A DNA stretch of 64,000 bases from Azolla caroliniana (GCA_043228905.1 JBHGNT010000006.1:21948001-22012000); one strand, 5' to 3'; numbered from the stretch's first letter, positions 13,995-28,895 are shown. Translations and numbers: made by a program. The notes: generated by a model not told the origin, from the sequence alone.

Positions 13995-15617
13995 TTATTG
14001 TTATGGTTTTGCCTTCTAGAAAGAAAGGTGTTTGTTCTCGTAATTAATCCGATTTGGTGTTGAAAAAAAAGAGATAAATGAGCTCCAAATAATTTTATAA
14101 GCATTTGCTCATTTCACCCATCATGTTTGCGCCATTCAATACAAAAGTTCTTTCTTGTGTTCACTTGCGAGTCTCTCATTTTATGTCTATTTCACAAGGG
14201 TGTTTAAGAGTGTAAATGTGTTAAAAATGCATTCAACATGCGTATGAATAGTGCTATCATGTATCGAAAAAATTGTCAATATGTGCCAAAGGATACATAT
14301 TTGTTCAACAAGACATGATATTTAATCTGTGAATATATACTACATGACATTTCTATTAAAGACAACCATTTGATAGACAACAAGTTCTGAAACAGTACAA
14401 AAAAAGTTCTATCAAAGGAAGTTACATTATAGAGAGTATGCTTATTGCTAAAGATAATCAACTGTATAATCTTGTTAATGGCTTGCTACCTCATCTCTAC
14501 ATATATATACACCACCTTTTGGAGATGGGTTTTGAGAGATTGTGCCCTAGATTTAACCTAGCCACCTGATCTAAGCTATCTATAATAAGACAAGGTTGGA
14601 AGAAACTACATGTCTTCTTGGTACTATCTTTTGGTGATAAGGCTTGAGAAATTGTGTTCCAACATTGGCTTCAAATAGGATCACCACTATTAACTTTGGC
14701 CCAAATGAAAATGGAAAACAAGTAGCCAAAGCTTCCTATAACTGCATTTAAACTAATCCCCATGATAAGGCTGGAAGATGTCATTATTTTTCAAGTTTCT
14801 ACCACTTTTCATTGTTGTAGCTTCTATTAGATATATTATAATTGCATATTATAAAACAATCTAACTAATACACATTCAAGTTTTCCACCAAATGTTTTCC
14901 TGTTCTGCATTTGCATTAAAATACATTATGCAGGATCTTGATTCTTTACATAGTTTCATATCTAGCAAGCTATTCACAGTAACTTTGGAAGATAAGGTGA
15001 TGGTGGAAGATGCATTTAGACAAAACTCATCCTTGAGTCTTGTTACCTTCTAATTCTTATATAAAAGCTGTCAATCATGCGTATACTAATGAATTAGAAA
15101 AAGCAACTGCACACTTACCACATAATCAGATGAAATCTTGCCATTGTATAGATCAAACCAGAAAAATCTACATTCTTGTAAGACCAGCTATTAAAATTCC
15201 ATGATGAATTGATTTGATCCGTGTTAAACAGAACACAATATTGTCAACATAAGTAGATGTTGATTCATTTATGATTTGAAAATCTGTCTAATGATAAAAC
15301 AGTTGGAATTTGAAGTTTCTTCATCTATAAATTCTCAAAAGTTGCAATACTGGCCTGCCTTTGATGCAAAAATTCAAAGCTAATTTCCTGAAATTGTAAG
15401 AGGTAGAGAACCCAAGTCTTTTTTGATACGCTGAAATACACAAATAAAGGATCAAACGTGCATGAATTATACATCGGGCGTCTATTAATCATGTGAACTT
15501 CGGAATCAGTAATCAAGAAAATCTAGAGGCTTTATCCACAAGTCCCAGCCATTCATTATGATGATAGCATGCACATCAATAAATATGATTTCATGCCATT
15601 TTGACCTAATATACTTA

Positions 15618-15864
15618 TATTTTTACTTCATGAATAGAAATTCTAAATAAAAGAACAAACCTTTGACTTGAAGATGGGTTAGCTCTACAAGTGCAAAGCT
15701 CTGAATGTCCAATAAGCATTGGATATATTGAATGTTTGAAGTATTTTTACTTCATGAATAGAAATTCCAAATAAAAGAACAAATGTTTAACTTGAAGATG
15801 GTTTAGCTCTACAAGTGCAAAGCTTTGAATCTCCAATAAGCATTGGATATATTGAATGTTTGAA
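15618..15864. repeat. tandem duplication, 2 x ~124 bp
   Basis: tatttttacttcatgaatagaaatt...ggatatattgaatgtttgaa at 15618-15740 and 15742-15864 with a few substitutions. Confidence 0.9.
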
Positions 15865-18105
15865 CCCTTGTAAAGTCTATTGAAAGATCAACTGACAAAA
15901 CTTGGAAGGGTTGACATGGTACTTTGCATACATGCTAGCATGTGAATTACATGCAAAAAGTCTTTTTTGAAGGTATATATAATAGACTCTCAAGCCAATT
16001 GTAGAAGGCCCACATGATTTGCACTCAAAATGCTTGGAAGACAATGGAAGTGTTGGAAGGTGAAAGAAAAAAAAAGCCATTGAAGGCCCTTAACACATCA
16101 CACCTCCATATGGCTAACCATTCCTTCACAATGAAAACAAAGAAAATGAAAAGTAAACGAGCCCACGTGAGCACTATCTACTTGTCTTGAATGCTCGATA
16201 CTAATGGGGCCGTAGATGTCTGATAACTACAACTATTGCATGCCAGTCAAGAAAACCGATAGGTTTTCTCCGACAAGGTTGATCTAGTTTTTTGGATTTG
16301 GAAGAGGTAGTAGATTCAGGCCTAGATCGAAGCCGACGAGACCAACCTTCCCACAAGGATCCTAGCTAAAACACAATTTGCTTGACATGTTGGGCAAGAC
16401 CTAGAAACAAAACTTTGAAGGTTGATGATGACCTACTATTGGAGGTTACCTTGGAAGACAGAGTAGCACCACTCCCTGCATATCAAATGGATTCTGAAAA
16501 GCTTCATACACCCATTGATGGTGTAACTTCGCACCCAACATTAATTACAGTCTCCCCCAATCACTATTTCACACTAACATGCCCCAACCATAAGTCAAAC
16601 ATATAAAAACTCATCTAAAAACATCAATGGGCCTACAATGTCATTTAAGAGTAGAACACAAGTTGTGGTTGACCTCATATATGTATATAAAGTATAGGAT
16701 AAATTATCACTCATAAAGTAATCTTAATAGTTGTAAGTGTCAGGCATTGAGGAACCCAAATCTCCACAATGACTATAACATCTTGTATATTTGCTCATGC
16801 CTGTAACTCTTGAAGAGTAACAAGCTCAAATATAACTCTTGAAGAGTATCTCTTGAATCTAGTTTAGTTCGATGTACTTTGGCGTTAATGATCCACATGG
16901 TTGCCTTGGGTTTTGTTTCAACAAGTTTGTATGGACAAAATCCAACCATGCCTATCGAGCATATGATTCTTTCATAGATGAGCTCAATCATAACACCTAC
17001 CCTTTACCTTAAACAAAGGTTCTTAAGTGAATAATATAGATGTCTAGACTTAACCTACATAATTAATGATTCATGAAATCAAGAGCACGAGAATCAAGAA
17101 ATCACTTATAAATATTACCAATCAAGTCTTTCATCATGTAACCATCAACATGCATGCATCCCCTCAACCTCTCAAAGATATTACAAGGGTTACAAAAGGC
17201 TTAGAGGTATTAAGGTAGGCTAATGATAGAGATTAAAGGGTTAAGGGAATTGATGAGGTCTAGCTTAAGGAGAGAGATATTCCAAATCTACAAGAGTTGT
17301 TACTTTGCTTCCCTTTTCGGCCATTGGACACTAGATATCTCCATTAGACACTACATTGGTGTGGCATATTCCCTTGTAGATGGGCATTTCGCTAAATTAG
17401 GTGGTATTTTAAATGGTTGTTGGCCCTCATATTTGTTTTTTTACCTTCTTTCCTTTTATGATCACCCTATTTGGGATAGAAGCTCTTTTATGGGACCTCC
17501 AACCAATCTTGTGCTTGCGCCTTTTGCCATAATTAAGGTTCCTTGTTTTCATCTTTCAAGATTTCGTGCAATATGCTAAGTGCATGTGTCCACATTTACT
17601 CCTACCTCTTGTGGTATGATAGAGAGGAAGGGAATATCCTCTTTTTTGTTCTGTGTTGGGAAATTAGCGACAATATGCTCTCGGTTGCAACTTTACACAT
17701 TGCTTCACGAGAAAACCGAGAGATTATGTTTTGAGTGTTGTGGTCATTGTGTAGGACCCGTGCTCCTCATGGAAAACACTTCTATAGATTGGGGATTTTT
17801 ACCTTCAATTGATGTCGTTTGTGGAGTCTAGACCGACGTATCCCCATTTGGTGGCGAACTAGGCATAGGTAGTTGTCAAATACCCACGAGCCTCACACTT
17901 GCATAATGATTACACACAATTAGCACTTGTATCTCTCTTACTCTCTCACGCCCACTCTCTTAGACAAATGGAAATCAAGAATATGTTTATTAAAACCTCT
18001 TGCTAAGAGGTCTAGCATCAACAAGGATGAGAGATTAGTTCTAATAAACACTATCACTAATCACTATCACTAATCTCTTACTACTTCCCTTTCATGTATC
18101 CTTTT

Positions 18106-18186
18106 TGTTGGGGACAAGGTCGTCAGTGCGGAAGAACAAACAACGTCTGTTATGGTGAAGAACTTGCGTATGAGAATGAACAAGAT

Positions 18187-18259
<73 letters not shown>

Positions 18260-18453
18260 CACAAAGAAACATTTTATTTCTTAATAGCAACAGTTACAAA
18301 ATGACAACCAACCTTTACTAAAGGTTACAAAGTCACTATATATAGTGACTATCCTAGGGCAACTGCCCTTTATGCTATTTACAAAAATAGCCCAAACTTG
18401 GGCTGTCCAAAAAGGATAGTGTGAATATGACCATTATACACTCGTATTCGACA
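18106..18453 (-). repeat. 3' LTR of copia B
   Basis: Plus strand TGTTGGGG...TTCGACA matching 28896-29203; adjacent PPT; longer GA tract than the other LTR. Confidence 0.92.
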
Positions 18454-18648
18454 CTCCCCCGTAATGGGCGTATACATGGGTTATACTAAAGTTACAGGTA
18501 TGTACAAGGTTGTCGGATAGATCGGTTTTGTTCGAGTCGGCAGGATTCGAAGACTGAAGCCCGAACCGGCCGGGTCGGAATAGCTGAAGCCGATCCTCAA
18601 AGAACCGATGTCTGTTGTTCGAAACCATCCTGTGTTGTGTGTCCGACT

Positions 18649-19655
18649 TTAACCGGACTGATTTTTTGTTACGCCCATCTGGTGCCGAAGGAACTGGAAA
18701 CGATCCGCCGAAAGACACTTGGTCATTCCATCTGCGACATTATCGGTTGTGGATATTTTCTTGAGACCGATTTCCCTGAAATGACGCATTTCTGAATGAA
18801 GTGATATCGAACGTCGATATGCTTGGAGGCGTTGTGGTGAACCGGATTTTGACAAAGCAACAACACCCTGACTGTCGCTGTAGATAACTGGAGCCGAGTC
18901 GAGGTCGACTTGTCGAAACGTGTGTGCTAGTCGACCGAGCCATAAGGCTTCTTTTGCCGCGTCGGACGCAACTACATATTCCGCTTCGGTCGTTGAGGTG
19001 GCTGTGCACTCCTGAAGTTTCAACTTCCACGAGATTACTCCATTGCCGAATTTGAAACAATATCCGGTTGTTGATTTCCGACTGTCCATGCAGTCGGCGA
19101 AGTCCGAGTCGGTGTAACCGACTACGCCTGAGGTTGAGTTTGGGCCAAAATGAATGCTGTGGTCTTTTGTGCCAGCTAGATATCTAAACACATGCTTGAC
19201 TGCGTTCCAGTGCGATTGGCCTAGGTTGTGCATGAATCTGGTGACAACTCCTACGGCGTGAGAAATGTCAGGCCGTATCGCGACCATCGCGTACATAAGG
19301 GAGTCAACTGCCGGTGCATACGGTACCGACTTCATATCTTCCCCCTCCAGACCGGATGTCGGGTAGTCTCGCTGAGACAAGCGAAGGTTAATGGGGAGCA
19401 GGGTTGAAGCAGATTTGGCCGAGTGCATGTTGAAGCGCTCCAAGACACGTCCAATGTAGTCGGTTTGAGACAAGAAAAGTTGTCGTTTATCGCGATGCCG
19501 ACTAATCTTCATACCAAGTATGTGTCTTGCCGGACCGAGGTCCTTCATGGCAAACTTCAACTGCAGTTTCCGAACGAGTTTGGTGAGCTCTTCGGCATGT
19601 CGGCCGGAGAGTAGCATGTCGTCCACGTAAATGATGAGGAAGACGGGAGACCCGT
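18649..19655 (-). pseudogene. copia B RT C-terminus and RNase H
   Basis: IIYVDDMLL, MKDLG, GYTDSDFA, STTEAEY; joins in frame to 26122 onward once the nested element is removed. Confidence 0.9.
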
Positions 19656-22600
19656 TGTCGTAGTGTAATTCGCACACTACGTGAAAAATTACATTTTTGG
19701 TTTCTCCGGATAGGATATGGAGTACCCAGTGAGAACCGGAAGGAAGAACCGGTGAGGACCGAAACCGGTAAGGAGACCGGCAAGAGCCGGATGAAGAAGG
19801 CCGGTGAGAGTCGGTGAGAAACGGACGAAGAGGACCAGTAAGAAGGATCCGGTAAGAACCAGATAAAGAAAACCGGCGAGAACCGAATGAAGCAGAACCG
19901 GCAAGAGCCGGATGAAGAAGGCCGGTGAGAGTCTCTCACTAGATGAAGAGACATATTTGTAAATAGAAGAAAGTATAAAATTATATATTACATGCATAGG
20001 GCAAGATTCGAACCTTGCACCTCCATGTTAATAATGTTAAGCCTTATCATTATACTAGAGTATTATGAATTTTAAAGTTATACTAAACTTTATCTCATGT
20101 AAAATTTCTAGACATGCATGGTACAAAAAGTTATTCATGCATAGACACTCGAGTTAAAAGAAAAGATGAGATAGAAAGCTAATCATGCACATGCAGTGTG
20201 CATGAAAACTAAAGATAGGAAAAGCATGATGCTTGCATGTGATAAACTTAGACTCTTCCAACACTATATAAGGAAGAGAGAAAGATGTATAGAGGTTGTT
20301 GATTATTTTACAAGGATTTTGATCAATCTAATATATTGGTGGGATTCACGATTTTTTTTCCATCTATTTCTCTCTTACATTCTAAGTATCAATTAATACA
20401 CTATACTCGTGGGATTCATGAGTTTCATATCTTCTTTCAAATATTTCTCTTTCTTGCAATCGATTCATAAGGAGCCTTATCTCATATTCTTCTTTCTCCT
20501 AGTCCAAAACCTCAGCGGTTCCCACCCGACTCACGCAACGATCCGGAGCCGAAAGGCACGACACAAGTGGTGAACCTGACGTGAACACGGGTGGCAAGGA
20601 GATGGAAAATCAACCGGAGGCTAACAACATGATGATGATGTTTGAGCGGATGCTTCAGGAACAACGTGCAATGTTGGAGATAGTGGCGACAGTAGAGCGG
20701 CTCGTGCAACGGATCTGGCAATTCAACGGAAAGGACGTATCACGCTATCTTCGGGACTACAAGGCGGAAACGGTGCGGGATTTCGGAAGGACTGCAAGTG
20801 GCATCCTTCAACCGGGTGGCTACCTACAGGCTTCAAGCAAGTATCCACAGGCTACGACAACAAAATCCGACGTGGGAAGCGTTTGAAGAGGCGCTAAAGA
20901 CCACGTTCGCTATCGAGGACTCCTCCAAGGCAACGCGGAGAGGATTCGAGGATTGGGTAGAAACGCCGGACAAGGGGATGAAGGTCCTCGATGTGTTTTC
21001 GACATTCGAAAATTGGTTCGGGAGGTTGTCTGCGAGAGATCAAGTTATCCTTGCACCGGACAAAGTTATCATGTTCTTACGAGCCGTAGACGTCCGGGAC
21101 CGGAAGGATCTTGGAGTGCTTCTAGAGGACACGAATATCGAGAGTGGCCTCACCGAAACATGGGAAAGCGTGCGGGATATCGTCGCGCGATACACAAAGA
21201 GGGGGCAATGGCTTTCCAACGAAGAAAAGAGGGTTTCAGAACCGATTCCGAAACCGAGATCCAGATCGGAAGACCATCAACCGCGGGCTTGGGAAGCTAC
21301 GACTAAGAAGGGAATCGACGCAACTACGGTGGAGCAATTGCTGAAGGAGATGGAGAATCTGAAAATCGCGATGATGAAGAAGTCGGATGACCGTCCCACA
21401 AGTTCCAAGTATATGGACCGTCGATGCATATGGTGCGATAACACTGAACATGATCGGAGGGATTGCGACAAGCACAAGGAAGTGCTACGACAGGATCTTA
21501 TCTACTACGAGGGAAATCGGATTCATTCGATGGACTCTCGGAAGCCGCTCCGACCGAACTTCTGAAAAGGCGGCATGAAGAAGGTCCTAGAGGAGGAAAT
21601 AACGGCGAAGAACAATTACGCGACAACCGCAGGAATACGTGTCGGGGAGTCATCGGGAGCAAAGGTGTCTTTTTGGCCGGAAGTGCTAGAAAACACCGAG
21701 AAAACCGACTCTAATGAGATCCAAAGCACCGCGGAAGGCATCCGGGAAGCTACGGCATGAGAGTGCCCCGTCGATAAGAATAGCGTGTTTGCTTTATGCC
21801 AATTGCATGAAGTGTATGTAGATGAGAAGCGACGGCACACGGATGAGGTGGCCGGTCCATCGAAGACACCGGAAAGCTGGAACTCCGGAGGTAAGGGAAA
21901 AGAAAAGATGATTCTGGCATTCAAGCTCACCTCAGACATCGAACAACAAAAGGACTTGAAAAAGGTGTTCGAGGAGAGAATCCTCGATAGCCGGGTAGAT
22001 TTTTCGCTTCGAGAATTACTCGGAATAGCGAAGGAGTTCCATGAGCTTCTTGTGGATCTCGTGAAGAGAAAAAGGCAAAGTACGGAGGAGAACGCTCCAA
22101 GGGTGAATGCAAATACCGTTCTAATGAATGACACCGAATTGGAGAACGAAATACCGAATTCTCATGACACAAAGCCACATTGGGCACGCGCAACTACAGA
22201 GACTCCGGTCTGAATTGGTAACATCAAAGAACCCGTGCTAGCATTGATTGATCATGGATTAGAGATAAACTTGATGTCCAAGGAATTCTACAGGAAGGGT
22301 AAGTGGCCTATTAACACAAATCATGGGTGGAAGTTCCGGGCGGTCACTAAAGCAACGAAAGATATATTTGCGGCTTGTCCGGATGTGACGGTGAAGATCG
22401 GGGATGTCGAGATCGACCAAAATTTCTTCATACAAGACGAGGTCTCACACTCCGTGATCCTCGGGCAACCTTTTATCACGGCATCACGGATGGAGACGAA
22501 GGTGCTTGATAGCAGTGCGGCTTTTGCGCGAATTCGGAGCCAAAACGGAGGGAAATCCGTCCAATTCCTAACGGTGCCGGAAATCATGAAAGGAACAAGA

Positions 22601-25600
22601 CAGAGCTCTTGTCCCAAACAAGAATGGATTTTTAGAGCGGACTGTTATGGAGTGGGGAAGTGATAGTCCGAGAAGCCCTGATACCCCACACAGGAAGAAA
22701 CCTCTCGGTGCAAAACAAGTACGAATCGGTTCGGATGGGGCATCCACGTACACGGCCGTAACCGGAGGAATGAAGAAAGAATACCGAAAAGTGGAGGATA
22801 AGTTACGGTCGGCATCAATAATAAAAGAAGACGAAGAAATCGTGGGAATAGTCGAAGAGGTGTTCTATGGGAGCACACTACAACGGCTTGAAGAGCTCGC
22901 GGAAGATACAAGCCAGGGAAACCATGTAATTCCGGTGGAGTCTGTCGAGATGTATGAGATCATTGTGAAAATGGGGCTGGATGCGCTCCGCAAAGAAGAA
23001 GCAATGGTAAGTACGAAATACAAGACCGTGGAGAAGAAAGTGAAACCGGCTACGGGACCGTTACCCGCAGATAGCAAACAAAAGAGGAAAGAAGTCTCAG
23101 GGGATCCGACACTTCGGAAGTCCATGGATATCGGACATGCCTTCATGGATGAGACCCGGAAGAAACTTCGGATCGGTGGAGGTGGGTTCCTATTAAAGAA
23201 TGAAGAAGAACAATTCCGTGGGATGCTAGAGCGACATGGGAGAGCATTTGCATTTACATCGAAAGAAATAGGATGCGTTGACCCGAAGATAGTGGAGCCA
23301 ATGGTGATCTTCACGATTGACCATGTGCCGTGGAACCTGAAGCCGATTCCGGTGCCACGGGCGCATATTCCGAAAATCATTGACTTGTTCAAGGAGAAGA
23401 TGGCGATGGGGATTCTAGAGCCATCAAATGCTCCGTTCTCAAATCGATGGTTTATGGTTCCGAAGAAGAATGGGTCACTCCGATTTATTCAAGATTTGCA
23501 ACCGGTGAACAAGGTCACGATCCGGAACTCCGGAGTCAGTCCGATAGTGGACGAAATTGCGGAAGCATTTGCCGGTCGCGCAATATACTCCATCGGAGAC
23601 CTATACTCCGGATATGACCAATTCCAACTAGTTGTGAAGAGCCGAGACATCACTACCATGCGGACACCAATAGGATTAGTCCGGATGTGTACGCTACCAC
23701 AAGGCGTGACAAACTCAATTGCACATATGATGAATACGATGAACAAGGTGCTCCGGGATTGCATACCGGAGATAATGATGCGGTTCCTAGATGACATTCC
23801 GATGAAAGGGTGTGCGGTGGAAGAAAAAGATGAAGCTATGGATGAATGGGGATGCCAAAGGTTTGTAGTCAACCATATCCGTGATTGTGAGAAAGTGTTA
23901 CGGAAGTTAGAAGATGTGCATCTAACACTTTCCGGAGAGAAATCGGCATTCGAACAAGAAGAAATATTGGTAGTCGGACATCTATGTGGGCCCTACGGAC
24001 GAAGATTGTCACCAACCAAGATCAATGCGATTCAAGCTATGAAAGAAGTATGCGAGTCACAATCCGAAGTTCGAAGGTTTCTTGGAGCATGTGCATTCTA
24101 CCACATATGGATTCCGCACTATGCACATATAGCGGACCCACTCTATCACTTGTTGCGGAAGGGTAAGAAGTTTGAATGGAAACCGGAGCATACCAAAGCC
24201 GTGAAGAAGCTCAAGAAACCACTATGGAGGGCAGAAGCACTAAAGAAGCCGAGCTATGACCAACCGATCATAGTAACGGTTGACACAAGTCCAACCGGAA
24301 TCGTATGGGTCATCAATCAAGCTGATCCGGAAGGTTTGCGATATCCGATCCGATTCGGAGCAAAGGTTCTCAACGAAAGGCAACGCGGATAAGCACAAGT
24401 TAAAAGAGAATTATGGGGAGTCGTGTCGGATCGAGATTATTTGATCAGAGCCGAAGTAGTGATCGAAACGGATTGACTTCCGATACTCGGGATGATGCGG
24501 TGTTGCACGATACCGGATGTGGCTATGCTAAGATGGATTGCATATGTTAAGTCACTTAATCCGGAGGTAAGACATATCTCCGGAAAAGACAACGCTGTAG
24601 CGGATATGCTATCAAGGGCGTGGTTCGGAGATGACATAACTGAATCCGATAATGAAGAAGTTTCCGAAGACTACTTTGCTTTGGAGCACATATGCCGGAT
24701 GGACGTAATCCAAGAATTCCGGGAAGAAGAATACGAGGGAGAAAGCTTGTTGATCGGGAAAATGCTACAAGAAATTGAGGAATCATCGGACAATAAAGAG
24801 AAGAGAGCCGAGATCCGAAATAAGAAACGGCAAGTCCGAAAGTTCTTCTTGAAAAATGGATTTTTATGGAGGGAGCCGAAAAGACCGGGTGGCATACCAC
24901 TTCGAGTAGTCGGGACAAAAGAGCAACGAAACCAGGTAATGTCCGAATTTCACGAATCTGATTGGGCTGGACATCGGGGAACATGGGCAACATTTGGGAA
25001 TATCAAGCAAAGATATTGGTGGAAGAATATGTACAAAGATGTCGTGGAGTTCACGGAAAGCTGCGAGAAGTGTCAAATCTACTCTGGAGTTCGACACCGA
25101 GATGAGTTACATCTGACATTCTCACCGACAATCAAATTCAAATGGCTCGGGAAGATCTCACAAATCAAGTAGAAGGTCGGGCGGTACGAAGAAAAACGTG
25201 TTCTGCGGTATGTCAATTTCTTTTGGAAGAAGTGTTTTGCAGGTACGTGTGCGTAGGACAAGTGATTGCGGATCAGGGAGAACTTGACTCTGATAAAGCT
25301 AGGGGATTCTTCGCCAAACATGGACTTCGGTTAACACTAACAACGGCATACAATCCGGAAGCCAACGGGAAGGTCGAGCGAGGACATAGTCCGATCGTCA
25401 AAGCACTTGCCAAAGCATGCGATGGAAGGGTGATGGATTGGCCGTAGATGCTCCTGTATGCACTATGGGCGGATCGGACAATGCATAGCTCCGTAACCGG
25501 TTATATGCCGACAGAACTTATGACCGGACAAACACCGGTAATGCCGACGGAAACCACAATCGCGACATGGACAATGCTACCATGGAAGGAAGAGATGAGC

Positions 25601-26121
25601 CGGTAAGAACTACTAGCGGTCCGGATACGACAACTGGAGGGAAGACCGGAAGATGTAGCGGAAGCGTCACGCCAACAACAAGAAGCGCGACTTCGGAACA
25701 AAAGCCGGTTCGACACCAAGCACTGACTACGACCATAGAAGATTGAAGAAGGAGATTGGGTGATTGTCTATGACAGTAGTTTGGATCATCAACATACAAC
25801 GGTACGGAAGTTCGCAAAAAGGTGGTTCGGCCCATATGAGGTTCGGAAAGTTTTCAACAACGGAACTTATCGACTATGCGAGTTATATGGAATGATGCTA
25901 CGAGTTCCTATAGCCAGGAAACGGGTGAAGATTTTCAAGAAGCGGACTGAAGAAGAACCCTATGTGATCCTAGACAAGACTGACAAGAAGGAGCAATCAG
26001 ACGAAGATCGCGGTGATGCGGAAAGCGAGGAAAGTGGATTACAACTCATAGTCGACTTAAGGGGAGAATTGGAGGAAGCTTCGGATGAAGGTGAATAGCA
26101 AGCATCGGGGACTTCGGCACA
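19656..26121 (+). mobile_element. Ty3/gypsy, tRNA-Trp-primed family, older degenerate copy lacking PPT and 3' LTR
   Basis: 5' LTR 19656-20563 (TGTCGT...ACGACA), PBS 20568-20585, decayed gag-pro and pol homologous to 36300-41941; flanked by CCGT on both sides. Confidence 0.93.
20602..26098 (+). pseudogene. gag-pro and pol of the older Trp-primed gypsy
   Basis: ORF fragments 20798..21565, 21785..22213, 22235..22663, 22647..24392 (RT FLDD), 24492..25172, 25142..25447 and 25760..26098 align with the intact copy. Confidence 0.92.
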
Positions 26122-28212
26122 CCGTCTTGAGCTGTTTTGGTGAAGAGACAGTGGTCCTCATCGCTCTTGGAGAAGCCGACCGACTGGATGAAGTCGTCGA
26201 ACTTCTTGTATCACTGTCGGGGTGCCTGTTTCAGGCCGTATAAACTCTTCTTGAGTCGGCAGACTAGATGTTCCTAGCCGGATACCACAAAGCCTTTTGA
26301 CTGCTCCATATAGATTTCCTCCTCTAGGTCACCGTGGAGGAATGCTGTTTTTACATCTAGTTGAATTAGCTCCAAGTTGTCGGCAGCTACGACGTCGAGC
26401 ATGAAACGAAGGGTTGTCATTTTCACCACTGGTGAAAAGATTTCGTCGAAGTCGATGCCATATTCTTGTCGAAATCCCTTCGCAACTAATCTGGCCTTGT
26501 ACTTTGGGTTGGTCGGACTTGAATTCTCCTCCGTTGTTGGTTCGAAGACATTTCAGTTTCCGACCAGTCTGATTTTTGACCATTGCAAGCCATTCGGAGA
26601 AAATCGAGAACACTCGATCTTAAGTTCACATCTTCCGAGTCGAGTCGTCAATAAAACTGACGAAGTACGAAGCATCGTCGAGAGACTGATGTGGCATCGG
26701 GCCACAAATGTCTGAATGGACCAAATCGAGGGGACTCGATTCTCTTGGTGCTGATGTCGGGTGTGATGCGGCTACTTGTTTACCGTACTGGCAATGCTCG
26801 CAGAATTGGTGATCCGAGAAGGAGAGTTTGGGGATGTAACCGGCTCTGGATAGGTGCGTTATGCCGACCTTGCTGAGGTGTCCATGTCGTCCATGCCATA
26901 ACGATGACATGGGGATATAAACCAGAAATAAGTCACCCTCTTTGAGTGTGACAGATAAAGGGTACAAAAAGTGTACCTTTGGTCCTTGAGCAAGCAGGAG
27001 GTTCCCTTTGTGAAGTGTCCACCCTCCTGATGAGAACCTGGCACAGCTGCCGGCTTCGTCAAGCTGTCCAACTAAGATTAAGGGTCTTGAGAGCTCAGGA
27101 ACATGTCAGACGTTGTGTAGTATGAGTATAGAGCCACCCGGAAGGTTGAGCTCTACGGTGCCGATTCTGATTATAGCATAGTGTTGCGAGTTTTTCGACT
27201 CAAACTGAGTCGGAATGCCGGTCTGAGTATTGCCGAAACTGGGATTGGTGAGGTGTCACATGATACGATGCGCCCGAGTCCAGGAGCCATGTGCTCGATT
27301 CCTCAGTCGTAAGAGAACTTCTGATTCGACTGGGTTCTCTATGAACAATATGTTCGGGTCGGTCGTAATAATTTCGGCTAAAGAGCCGACGTAGTTGACC
27401 TCCTCATGCCGGCTACTCTTCTGATCTGCTCTATGAGCTTTGTCGGTTTTTTCTTTGAGTCCCTGGCAGTCAGCTTTGATATGTCCCGGTTTCTTGCAGT
27501 AGTTGCAGATTCGGTTGTCCCGAGACTTGCTCTAGCTTCGCTGATTGTTCGGAGGTTGGGAAGAACTTCTTCCCCGGTTGTTCGATCAATCGATCGAACC
27601 TTGTACTACGTAAGCTTCATTTGCTGAGTCTTTGGCGAAAGACTTTCTCCAAGCTGCTTCAGTTAGGATTGCGCTCATGACTTCGGAGTACTTAACGACA
27701 TCTGTTGAAGCATTGCACACGGTTGTAACGAATGTTTCCCATGAAGAGGGGAGACTACTCATGAGTATCATTGGTTTGAGTTCATCCTCGATTGCCGTCC
27801 CCTAAGTTGAGATTTGGGAGCTTATGTTTTCGTACTTGTTGAGGTGTGCTTGAACCGAATCGGATTCTTTCATCCGCAAGTTGTAGAGATGCCAGATCAG
27901 ATACATCTTCGTTGCGGCGATCTTATTTTCATAAGTTTCTGACTGTGTTTTCCAAAGTTCAAAAGCTGTCGAGCATGATTGCACTGTGAAGTACACTGAC
28001 TCCGACAAGTGCATCCGAATCGTGGTGCGGAAGATTCTGTCCAGCTTTAGCCATTCGTTTGCCTTGTATGCTTCTAGAGTATTTTCATTCTCAATTGGGT
28101 CTATCTGACCCTTGACTATGAGATAGTCCTGCATTTGTTCCTTCTAGAAGTTGAAGTTTGAACCGTCGAACCTCCTTAGACTCATCTTCGATGAGCCGGA
28201 TGTTGATGCCAT
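26122..28212 (-). pseudogene. copia B gag, protease, partial integrase and RT N-part
   Basis: [41 protein letters not shown]-like segment, LKKSLYGLKQAP; stops and frameshifts. Confidence 0.85.
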
Positions 28213-28881
28213 CTGCTTCGGTTTCGGTTGGTAAGACTCGGTTCGGAGTTGACTACGAACCTTAGTGGGGTGCAGCCAGCCGACTCACCCGATATCGTTG
28301 TGGTCGGTTTTGAACCCGAGTCAGTTTGGTTTTGGATACTTGTTGCTGAACTTGCTCGGAGTGACTCCGATAACTTGAGGGATAGAACTTGCTGGTCTTC
28401 CCGAATGTTGCCGAGTCGGAGTGAGCCTGGATAGCTTCGATTGTATGCTGAATACCGATTACAAGAAACCGATTGTTTGGGCCGATTCAGGTTCGGATGA
28501 CTGCAACGATGAGAGGGACAGATCCAACAGATCCTCCTGAATGTCGATCAGCCGAATGAAGCACGAATTTGGTTGTTGCGAGAAGACCAATCTGTAGCGA
28601 GTGTTTACAACAAGTGGGTGAATAGTGTCTGGTGACCTATTCGGATGTCGTTTAACCGAATGAAGCACGATTGGGTCGGGTGTTGCACAGGGAACTCGCC
28701 TCAAGTGGTTACAATCATAGGAACAGAGTACAGCCGGCTAGCTTACTCCAATTAGTGATTTAACACAGTGAGATGCAAACTTCTTTTTTGTCTTCTCTCT
28801 TCTCTGTTCTTCAAGAAGTTACAGAAAACAGAATTTTGTTGTGTACGATGACGGCCGACAACGAGTTGAAGAACCTCCAAC

Positions 28882-28893
28882 GCTCTGATACCA
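28882..28893 (-). promoter_or_regulatory. PBS tRNA-iMet of copia B
   Basis: gctctgatacca 2 nt from the LTR. Confidence 0.92.
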
Positions 28894-28895
28894 AA

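Noticed and set aside
17300-18100. Old gypsy-like or LTR-like remnant left of copia B
   Set aside because: Weak knuckle-like translation and no definable termini or TSD.
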